The notes beneath the pieces were generated by a model. That model saw only the letters and a list, made by a program, of their open reading frames with translations, made no database searches and had not been told where the DNA came from. This document shows, piece by piece, positions 26,972-34,267 of a stretch of 61,955 nt of DNA. Source of the stretch: a virus (Duplodnaviria > Caudoviricetes); IMG/VR virus record IMGVR_UViG_3300028364_000001, positions 1 to 61,955 of that record; one strand, given 5' to 3'. The position numbers and the translations under genes were made by a program. Every line of letters starts with the position of its first letter. Position 1 is the first letter of the stretch.

Positions 26972-27795
26972 AACTTCCAGTATTCGACCGCAGCACTGCC
27001 CGCTGGGACCGCTTCCGGCGGTTCTACAACGAGCCCGAGCATAACCTGATCGTGTTCGAGAGCGGCGAGGTGATGCTCGCGTCGCGGGACTTCAAGCCCG
27101 ATCAGCGCGGGGTCAATCGCCCCCTTGGGCGGGGCGAGAGTGACCTGCGTGTGGTCAGCACCACCGACGGCGACTGCCCGGCATTGTCGCTTGGCAAGGA
27201 CAGCCTGACCCCAGAGAGCCTCGCGGTGCTCGCACTGTGCCGGCAGGACCCGACTGCGCTGGCAGCAAAGCCTCTGCCCAAGGTATGGATCGCCGAGGGT
27301 CTGTCACGGCAGCTGCTCGTCGACGCAAGCACCGGGCGCAGCGTGGGTATCGGTGGCGACAGGAGCGACAAGGGGCGCAACGCTGCGTGGCAGTGGGCAC
27401 CGTTCCCGGATGCGGAATACTACCGGCCCATGGCCTATATCCCCAGCCCACAGAGCAAGGCCGTCGGGGAGAACCTGAAGATCGCGGTGCCCGTAAAGCT
27501 GACCCCGGAGGAGAAGAAAGCCCTGAGCGACCTCCATGCGGCCTGCACCGCGTGGTGCGAGCTGTGCAGCTGGGACAGCGCGAAGATGGCACCGAAGTAT
27601 CACCGTGGCCGGTATGGCTACCGATACACGGGCGTTCGCTCCCTACACCAACCATGCCTGCCCAGCGAGTTGCCCGAGGGCGTGGAGTCGGAGCTCTCCG
27701 ATCTTGGGCCCGACCAGATCTTCCAGATCGCAACGCACGGGTTCGAACGCGCGACACACGATATGTGGGTAGAGTGCCTCTACGCAGCGATATGA
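26968..27795 (+). CDS. Hypothetical protein (275 aa)
   Basis: AGGAG RBS, ATGA coupling at both ends. Confidence 0.7.
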   Translation: MKLPVFDRSTARWDRFRRFYNEPEHNLIVFESGEVMLASRDFKPDQRGVNRPLGRGESDLRVVSTTDGDCPALSLGKDSLTPESLAVLALCRQDPTALAAKPLPKVWIAEGLSRQLLVDASTGRSVGIGGDRSDKGRNAAWQWAPFPDAEYYRPMAYIPSPQSKAVGENLKIAVPVKLTPEEKKALSDLHAACTAWCELCSWDSAKMAPKYHRGRYGYRYTGVRSLHQPCLPSELPEGVESELSDLGPDQIFQIATHGFERATHDMWVECLYAAI

Positions 27796-28022
27796 TCTGG
27801 GCGTTCTTGCGACCGCTGGTGTGGAACAGGTCCGCTGACGGCTTCGGCTATGGCAACAACCACGGCACCGGGGCGGGCAAAGGTGACCTCAACGGTTGGA
27901 ATAGCGGCAACGGCCAAGGAGAGGGGTACAGCTGGCACGTCGGCGACGGCTACGGCTACGGATATGGCTTTGGCGAAGGCGACGGTGGTGACTACGACGA
28001 CGGAAACGGAGGTGACCTATGA
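27792..28022 (+). CDS. Gly-rich leader peptide, copy 8
   Basis: MIWAFLRPLVW; ATGA overlap. Confidence 0.75.
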   Translation: MIWAFLRPLVWNRSADGFGYGNNHGTGAGKGDLNGWNSGNGQGEGYSWHVGDGYGYGYGFGEGDGGDYDDGNGGDL

Positions 28023-28258
28023 TCTGGATCTTCGCCCGACCGTTGGTGCTGCCCGGTGGCTGCTACGTCAGTGCCTTTGGGCAGCCGTTTGGCGATGGCG
28101 TATACAATAAAAACCTTGGCCATTATGGCCAAGGAAACGGCGATGGCAACGGCGACGGCTACGGCTTCGGCCATGATAGAGAGAATGAAGGCAGCGGCGA
28201 CGACTACGGCCACGGTCGCGGCTTCGGCCGTGGCAATGGGAATGGAGGTGACCTATGA
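28019..28258 (+). CDS. Gly-rich leader peptide, copy 9
   Basis: MIWIFARPLVL; GGAGG RBS and ATGA overlap. Confidence 0.75.
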   Translation: MIWIFARPLVLPGGCYVSAFGQPFGDGVYNKNLGHYGQGNGDGNGDGYGFGHDRENEGSGDDYGHGRGFGRGNGNGGDL

Positions 28259-28494
28259 TCTGGATCTTCGTCCGACCGCTGGTGTGGCAGAGGCAGAACC
28301 GAGGCAATGGATACGACACCGCTTACAACAACGGCAGCGGCGCTGGTATGGGCGATGGTACGGACAGCAGCACGGACACCATCCACGGCTTTGGCAACGG
28401 CAACGGCTTTGGCGGCCACCACAACGGCTTTGGTAACGGCTCCAGCTGCTACGACGGAGGCAACGGCAAAGGCCGTGGTTTTCACCACCAATGA
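28255..28494 (+). CDS. Gly-rich leader peptide, copy 10
   Basis: MIWIFVRPLVW; GGAGG RBS and ATGA overlap. Confidence 0.75.
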   Translation: MIWIFVRPLVWQRQNRGNGYDTAYNNGSGAGMGDGTDSSTDTIHGFGNGNGFGGHHNGFGNGSSCYDGGNGKGRGFHHQ

Positions 28495-28532
28495 CTTAGT
28501 CATCCCGACTAAGTCCAACCAAAGGAAAGACA

Positions 28533-29459
28533 ATGATCAATATCACAAACAGACCGACCCCTATCCAGCTGCCTGCGGGCTTCGGGCAGACGGCACCTTC
28601 GGTGTCCAGTGCTGCCATGCTGGTGGATCTGAGTATCTCGGTGTGGACCGCACGCAAGCGCGACAAGACGGCATCCGAGGCGGTGACCCGCTCCAGCGGT
28701 GCCGCAAGAGGTGTGGCCAGCGTGAACAAGAACCTGCTGGGCGACTGCGCAGAGCTGGACGCGGTGCAGAAGTTCTCGGAGAACGTGCGCAGCTTGCACC
28801 GGTCCATGACCATGCCATGGTCTGACCTTGGCCTCCGCCTGCTCCCCACGGCGCAGTTCTTCAAGTACCAGAAGCAGATGACGGCCATGCAGGACGAGTT
28901 CACGCGCCTGTCTGACGGGTTCCTCAGCGCATACAGCTACCAGATCGCTGCTTCGGAGCTGAAGCTGGGCACCCTGTTCAACTTGGGCGAGTACCCCACG
29001 GTCGACTCTATCCGGGACAAGTTTGCGTTCCGCATGAGCTTCGTGCCCCTGCCCGACGCAGGTGACTGGCGTGTGGAGATGGAAGCCGAGGCCAAGGCGG
29101 CCTTGCAGAAGGAGTATGCCTCCTACTTCGACACGCAGGTCAAGGCGGCGATGGATGACATCTGGGTCCGGCTGCGCGACACCCTGACCACACTGACCCG
29201 GCAGCTGGAGCCGACCGCGGATGGGGAGAAGGCCCGTCGCATCTACGACAGCGTCATCGAGAGGGCCAACGATCTCGTGGCCATGATGGAGACGTGCAAC
29301 ATCACGAAGGACCCGGCCATGGTGGAGATGCAGCGCGTCCTCAGCGAGACCCTCAACGGCACCTCTGCCACCACCCTGCGCGATAACCTCGACCACAAGG
29401 CCGACACGAAGAAGCGGCTGGACGCGGCCATCGCGGCCCTGCCCGGTCTGGGCTGGTAA
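28533..29459 (+). CDS. DUF3150-like protein
   Basis: AMLVDLSISVWTARKRD...PWSDLG.RLLP...F....YP.....RDKF; a family often near MoxR/VWA genes in phages. Confidence 0.65.
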   Translation: MINITNRPTPIQLPAGFGQTAPSVSSAAMLVDLSISVWTARKRDKTASEAVTRSSGAARGVASVNKNLLGDCAELDAVQKFSENVRSLHRSMTMPWSDLGLRLLPTAQFFKYQKQMTAMQDEFTRLSDGFLSAYSYQIAASELKLGTLFNLGEYPTVDSIRDKFAFRMSFVPLPDAGDWRVEMEAEAKAALQKEYASYFDTQVKAAMDDIWVRLRDTLTTLTRQLEPTADGEKARRIYDSVIERANDLVAMMETCNITKDPAMVEMQRVLSETLNGTSATTLRDNLDHKADTKKRLDAAIAALPGLGW

Positions 29460-29460
29460 C

Positions 29461-29817
29461 ATGGGGAATGGAGAAAAGAAAAGCAAATGGCGAGCCCTCC
29501 GGGACTTGGTACAGACGGGGCACTCAATGGAGCAGCGCGTAGTGGTAACCCGCTGGATAGCCAAGGCCCACCCTTACCAGATCCGGGCGGAAGTCATGGA
29601 CGACAAGCGTGTCGTGCTACAACCATTCGACGATATATGGGTTGATGTGCTACCAACCGGCGACTATACTCTCGGCACCGAGCCCATGTGGGTGACCGAC
29701 CGATTGATGGCTTTGGGGCTTATGGAGATACCTCCGCCGCCCCGGCCCATCGAGGGTGTGGGGATACGAATGTCTGCAACGGTCTTCTGGATCATTGCCC
29801 CAACGAAGGAAAAGTAG
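29461..29817 (+). CDS. Hypothetical protein
   Basis: Packed ORF; start uncertain. Confidence 0.55.
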   Translation: MGNGEKKSKWRALRDLVQTGHSMEQRVVVTRWIAKAHPYQIRAEVMDDKRVVLQPFDDIWVDVLPTGDYTLGTEPMWVTDRLMALGLMEIPPPPRPIEGVGIRMSATVFWIIAPTKEK

Positions 29818-30137
29818 TGGCCGACACCCCAGAGAAGAAAGTAAAGCGCAACGTCGTCTCCCTGCTGAAAGGCATGGGGGCGTACCACTTCTTCCCTACC
29901 ACCGGGGGCTACGGTGCCTCCGGGGTACCCGACATAGTAGGGTGCTACCAAGGCGTTTTCTTTGGCATCGAGTGCAAGGCGGGCAAGAACACCCCGACCC
30001 CGCTCCAGACCAAGAACCTCGCAGCTATCACGGCTGCGGGGGGCGTCGCCCTCGTGGTAAACGAGAACAACATCGCTGAGATCGCCATCACGCTGTACGC
30101 GGCGTCAGCTGCCAACAACAGGAAGATCGACCAATGA
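29817..30137 (+). CDS. VRR-NUC / PD-(D/E)XK endonuclease (resolvase-like)
   Basis: TPEKKVK...GVPDI...F.GIECKAGKN.PTPLQ. Confidence 0.85.
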   Translation: MADTPEKKVKRNVVSLLKGMGAYHFFPTTGGYGASGVPDIVGCYQGVFFGIECKAGKNTPTPLQTKNLAAITAAGGVALVVNENNIAEIAITLYAASAANNRKIDQ

Positions 30138-30598
30138 CGAGAATCACAATTACGCACCGACTACCTACCGGCACGACGTTTGCCGTGACTGCTGACGGGC
30201 CCCCCGAGGCAGTGTTCGTGTCAGGGCGCGTGGCCGACGTCGCTGGCGCCGAGATCGGGCTCACCTACGATGCTGATCTGGCTGCGAACCCGCGCGACAA
30301 CGAGCGCACCCCATGGCAGGCGCTGTCGATGAAAACCCTTGGCGGCCCGACACCCCGGGGCCGCGTGATGGAGGTGCTTGAGCTTGGCGGGGTGTGGACC
30401 CCTGCCGAGATGGCTGCGCAGATCTTGGGGGAGAACGAGGCATCCGTTCGTGGCACTCTGCTGGGGATCTTCAAGGATGGTGGCTGCGCCAAGTTCGAGC
30501 TGCGCACCTCGCCCGTCAGCGCCCTGCCCGCCAAGGAATGGTTCACCTGCACACCGGACGAGGCCGATGTCAGCGAGTGGGAGAACGAGGGATGCTGA
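30134..30598 (+). CDS. Hypothetical protein
   Basis: ATGA-coupled 154-aa ORF. Confidence 0.65.
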   Translation: MTRITITHRLPTGTTFAVTADGPPEAVFVSGRVADVAGAEIGLTYDADLAANPRDNERTPWQALSMKTLGGPTPRGRVMEVLELGGVWTPAEMAAQILGENEASVRGTLLGIFKDGGCAKFELRTSPVSALPAKEWFTCTPDEADVSEWENEGC

Positions 30599-30774
30599 CC
30601 TGCCCTGACTGCCCCGGGGCTCCCAAGCTGGTGGTCATCAACACCCGGCGGCGGACCTATGGGAAGACCGAGACCCTGCACCGGGCAAGACGGTGCATCG
30701 TGTGTAAGAAAGTGAAGTTCCATACAGTCGAGGTGCCCGCCGCGTGGGCCGACGACCTGTTCAACGAAGAATGA
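30592..30774 (+). CDS. NrdR-like zinc-ribbon protein
   Basis: MLTCPDC...V.NTR...RARRCIVC...F.TVE. Confidence 0.65.
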   Translation: MLTCPDCPGAPKLVVINTRRRTYGKTETLHRARRCIVCKKVKFHTVEVPAAWADDLFNEE

Positions 30775-30787
30775 AAAGGAGAAAGCT

Positions 30788-30988
30788 ATGAGCAAGATTA
30801 ACAGAGGCAACCCCCTCACCCGCACAAGCGCCATCCGAGTGCTCAACATCAAGTTGCCATCGGTCGACTCGGAGGAGTCTTGGCGGCACGAGATCCAGCA
30901 GATGTGGGTCGACTCGCAGACCGGAGAGGAAACGTGGGTCGCGATACCCGTCGTCGAAGAGGACCGTTCGGGAGGGGACGACAAATGA
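30788..30988 (+). CDS. Hypothetical protein
   Basis: AAGGAG RBS. Confidence 0.6.
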   Translation: MSKINRGNPLTRTSAIRVLNIKLPSVDSEESWRHEIQQMWVDSQTGEETWVAIPVVEEDRSGGDDK

Positions 30989-31287
30989 CCTCAATGACCG
31001 AAGTTATATGCGGCAACAAAAAGTGCAAAAAGCCCTTTCAAGCGCGCACGGCAGATGTGGCGCGCGGCTGGGGCAAATTCTGCTCAAAATCTTGCAAGGC
31101 CCACAAGCAGGGGCGATTGCCAATGTCGAAAGAAACTCGCGCGATGTGGCGCGAATACAACAGGGAATTTCCCGACGATCACGCAAAGGATAATCGTAGC
31201 GAACACGAGATTATTCTGGATGAATTGGGAGAAAGCCCCGAGGAGAAATATGGTGGCAGCGGCGATGGAAGGATGTTCCAGTGGTGA
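30985..31287 (+). CDS. Zinc-finger protein
   Basis: CGNKKCKKPF.AR.ADV.RGWGKFCSKSCKA. Confidence 0.65.
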   Translation: MTSMTEVICGNKKCKKPFQARTADVARGWGKFCSKSCKAHKQGRLPMSKETRAMWREYNREFPDDHAKDNRSEHEIILDELGESPEEKYGGSGDGRMFQW

Positions 31288-31496
31288 CGACCCAAGCACA
31301 AGAGAGACAGCGTGCCGTTGCCGTCGATGCGTTCATGACCTTTCAGGCGGACCTTGAGTTCGATCAGCTCTGCGACGCGTTCACTGCGGCCGCTGAGGCG
31401 CGACCCGATATCGACCCGGACCTGCTGACGGCCCTTGGCAACCGCCTGTGCCAGATGGCCGACGAAGTAGAACGTGAGCAAAGGAGAACGAGATGA
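31281..31496 (+). CDS. Hypothetical protein
   Basis: Packed ORF. Confidence 0.55.
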   Translation: MVTTQAQERQRAVAVDAFMTFQADLEFDQLCDAFTAAAEARPDIDPDLLTALGNRLCQMADEVEREQRRTR

Positions 31497-31762
31497 ACAC
31501 CCGAGACGAAGCAGAAGCCAAGCGCGATGCCCTGCTGGCGCAGATGCGGGCCCCGGCACAGGTCAAGCCACTGGTCTGGGAGCGCCACCCTGTGGGCTGG
31601 ATCGCAGTGAGTGCGGGCTACGCCTACCACATCGACAGCCGGGGCAAGCGACCCCGCATAACAAAGGGGATATCGACCTGCCCCGAGTGCGAAGACTTGG
31701 AAGCGGCCAAGGACTGGTGCGAGGTCGACAACATCTCCCGGATACGGGGGGAGTTGGTGTGA
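31493..31762 (+). CDS. Hypothetical protein
   Basis: VKPLVW...LEAAK; AGGAG RBS. Confidence 0.6.
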   Translation: MNTRDEAEAKRDALLAQMRAPAQVKPLVWERHPVGWIAVSAGYAYHIDSRGKRPRITKGISTCPECEDLEAAKDWCEVDNISRIRGELV

Positions 31763-31973
31763 CCAAAGCGAAGCGTAAACCCCCCGCACAACCACAGCTC
31801 TTGGCGGCTCTGGCCCGGCTGACCCCGGCACAGCTGAGGGGTGCACACCGCATAGCTAAAGACCCCACACGGGGGCTGCGGCCATTCTTTACTGCCCCTT
31901 ACGCTATGATCGCCTTGCGCACAGCTGCGCAGCGTGATATGCTACCGTAAACAACAAACCACTGGAGTACACC

Positions 31974-32237
31974 ATGACCCCCGCATCGAAGATTGAGCAG
32001 CTCGCGCGGCTGTATTGCAAGGAGATCGGGGAGGACCCCGATAAAGAGTATCTGGCTTACAGGGGCCCCTTTACAGGGGCGGTCTACCGCCCCCGGTGGC
32101 AGAGCCACATAGACAAGGCGGCGGCCGCGCTCGAACCTATCGCGATGGAAGCGGCTTTGCGCCAGCTGGAAGCAACGGAGGTCGTAAGCCTCCACCACGA
32201 CGAGATACTTGCGAAACTGGAAGGGTGGGAGATATGA
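31974..32237 (+). CDS. Hypothetical protein
   Basis: CCACTGGAG start-associated motif. Confidence 0.6.
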   Translation: MTPASKIEQLARLYCKEIGEDPDKEYLAYRGPFTGAVYRPRWQSHIDKAAAALEPIAMEAALRQLEATEVVSLHHDEILAKLEGWEI

Positions 32238-32530
32238 TTGAGAACCCCGACTACGTAGGGCTGGGCCGCGCGCTGGGTGCCGCCTACAACCAAGCAGCTG
32301 TTGGCAAAGGCAAGGAGCGCCACGCCAACGGCAAGCCTTTCGAGCGCCAGCCCATCATGGAGATCGCCCGCATGGTGGGGCCCGGCTACCAGCTCGGTCA
32401 GGCCATGAAGAAGTCGCAGGAAGCCGCTGGCATGCTGAACCGGGATGAGCCCGACCGGGCACAGGCCGAGATGCTCGGGGCCATCAACTATCTCGCAGCC
32501 TGCTGGCTGTACGTCGAGGAGACGAAATAG
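32234..32530 (+). CDS. Conserved phage hypothetical protein
   Basis: AYNQAAVGKGKERHA...PF..QPI...GQA.KK..E...E.LGAINYLAA. Confidence 0.75.
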   Translation: MIENPDYVGLGRALGAAYNQAAVGKGKERHANGKPFERQPIMEIARMVGPGYQLGQAMKKSQEAAGMLNRDEPDRAQAEMLGAINYLAACWLYVEETK

Positions 32531-33270
32531 TGGACCAGAGCAGCTTTGCCCTATCGGACTGCATGGACTTCATGGCCCAGCAGCCAGCGAATGCTTTTTC
32601 CGCGGTAGTGACTTCGCCCCCGTATAACATAGGGGTTGACTACGGCGAGGCTTGCGACGACGCCCGCAGTTTGGAAGACTACGAAAGTTTCACAAAACAG
32701 TGGCTGGCAGCAGCCCTGCGGGTTGCCCCGGTCTTGGCCATAAACTTTGGGGCCAAGACATCTAACCCGGTGATGCTGTGCCACTTTGGGCTGTGGTGTC
32801 ACGAGGTGGGCCACCTCCAGCAGAGTATCACGTGGGCGAAAAGTGTGCATGTCGATGGGGTGTCCACAGGGCACTTCAAGCCAGTGAACTCTGAAAGGTA
32901 TCTCGCTAACGTAACCGAGCAGATACTGATAGTGTCCCGAGATGGGAACGCGCCTCTGAACAAACTGGCCGTCGGGGTTCCATACCAAGACAAGAGCAAC
33001 ATAGCTCGCAGGGGCCACGAACAAGACATCCGAGACAGGGGGAACCTGTGGTTCCTGCCCTACCCTACGAGACAGAAAAAACTCAGTCATCCGGCTACCT
33101 ACCCGGTGGTTCTCGCGGAAATGATGATGAAGTTGGTGGCGACGAGTGGGGTCATCTACGACCCATTCTGCGGTGTAGGGTCAACTCTGACAGCAGCAAA
33201 CCTACAGGGATGGGACTCGGTAGGGACGGATACCAAAGAATGGCGACCCCTTATTGAGGAGACGAAATAA
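32530..33270 (+). CDS. DNA methyltransferase (N4C/N6A, beta class)
   Basis: TSPPY precedes HPATYP and DPFCGVGST. Confidence 0.88.
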   Translation: MDQSSFALSDCMDFMAQQPANAFSAVVTSPPYNIGVDYGEACDDARSLEDYESFTKQWLAAALRVAPVLAINFGAKTSNPVMLCHFGLWCHEVGHLQQSITWAKSVHVDGVSTGHFKPVNSERYLANVTEQILIVSRDGNAPLNKLAVGVPYQDKSNIARRGHEQDIRDRGNLWFLPYPTRQKKLSHPATYPVVLAEMMMKLVATSGVIYDPFCGVGSTLTAANLQGWDSVGTDTKEWRPLIEETK

Positions 33271-33788
33271 TGCACATCATGCTCGACCTAGAGACCATGG
33301 GCACCCGCCCGGACGCACCGATCATCGCCATTGGCGCAGTGGCGTTCGACAAAGACGGCATTACCAGCCCGTTCTACGAGGTTATTGACCTTGCGTGGGC
33401 AGTGCGGGATGGGGCCACGATGAGCCCCGAGACAGTCATCTGGTGGCTGAAGCAGTCGGACGAAGCGCGCGCAGCCATCACCCGCAGGGGGATTGAGCCC
33501 AAGGTGGCGCTGGAGCGGTTCCGTCGGTTCGTTGAGCTGCACGGCGGCGACGGCATGTGGGGCAATGGTGCCAGCTTCGACAACGTGATCCTGTCTGAGG
33601 TGTACCTGCGGTTGGGTATGAAGGCCCCGTGGCCCTTCTGGACAGATCGCTGCTACCGCACTGTCAAGGGCATGTATCCTGACGTGCGGATGGAGCGCAG
33701 TGGCACCCACCACAACGCGCTGGACGATGCCCGCTCGCAGGCAGAGCACCTGATCGCTATCAGCGCCAAGCACGGCGACTTCTTGTGA
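33270..33788 (+). CDS. DEDD 3'-5' exonuclease (Rv2179c-like)
   Basis: MLDLETMG...WGNGASFD...HNALDDA. Confidence 0.88.
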   Translation: MHIMLDLETMGTRPDAPIIAIGAVAFDKDGITSPFYEVIDLAWAVRDGATMSPETVIWWLKQSDEARAAITRRGIEPKVALERFRRFVELHGGDGMWGNGASFDNVILSEVYLRLGMKAPWPFWTDRCYRTVKGMYPDVRMERSGTHHNALDDARSQAEHLIAISAKHGDFL

Positions 33789-34267
33789 GCGCGTGGGAAG
33801 CCCCCGGCGCAACAGACGATTGGTATACCCCCAAGTATATCTTTGACGCCTTGCGCGTTACCTTTGACCTCGACGTTGCCTCCCCTGAGGGAGGGCCGCA
33901 ACACGTGCCCTGTAAAGGCTGGATCAGCACAGACAGTCTGGCCGCGCAATGGCAAGGTTTTGTCTGGATGAACCCGCCCTTCGGAGGGCGCAACGGGCTG
34001 TCGCCGTGGCTGGACAAGTTCTTCCTGCATGGTAACGGCATTGCGCTGACGCCCGACCGCACAAGTGCGCCATGGTGGCAAGACGCCGCCAAGAAAAGCA
34101 AAGGGATGATGCTGGTGCTGGGCAAACCAAAGTTCGAGAGGCCCGATGGCTCTGTCGGCAAATCCCCCGGCCACGGCATAACCCTTTGGGCTGCGGGCAA
34201 ACGTGCCGATACTGTCCTGTCGAAGCGCGCTGGTGCCCTCGGCAGCTATTGGCGGAGGGTGCCGTGA
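33785..34267 (+). CDS. Phage N6-adenine DNA methyltransferase (Dam-like)
   Basis: DDWYTP...FDLDVAS...WMNPPFG...RTSAPWW. Confidence 0.85.
   Translation: MSAWEAPGATDDWYTPKYIFDALRVTFDLDVASPEGGPQHVPCKGWISTDSLAAQWQGFVWMNPPFGGRNGLSPWLDKFFLHGNGIALTPDRTSAPWWQDAAKKSKGMMLVLGKPKFERPDGSVGKSPGHGITLWAAGKRADTVLSKRAGALGSYWRRVP

Larger units (their letters stand above)
18228..28515. repeat. Dispersed palindrome CTTAG(T/G)C-N5-G(A/C/T)CTA(A/G)G, about 12 copies (18228, 18664, 19718, 20011, 20503, 20732, 21112, 21624, 23167 half-site, 24116, 26691, 28493)
   Basis: Read directly; most copies are followed by a CCAACC-like motif and an AAGG(A) RBS and start codon. Confidence 0.9.

Noticed and set aside
20901-28494. 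Diversity-generating retroelement explaining the peptide variation
   Set aside because: No reverse transcriptase ORF and no adenine-specific template/variable repeat pair were seen.
18228-28515. CRISPR array suggested by the recurring palindromes
   Set aside because: Spacing is irregular (0.2-2.6 kb) and contains whole genes. There is no cas operon; the Cas4-like gene is an ordinary phage exonuclease.
31493-31762. VKPLVW as an eleventh leader copy
   Set aside because: The motif is internal, lacks MIWxF and the Gly-rich tail, and VKPLxW is common in unrelated phage proteins.
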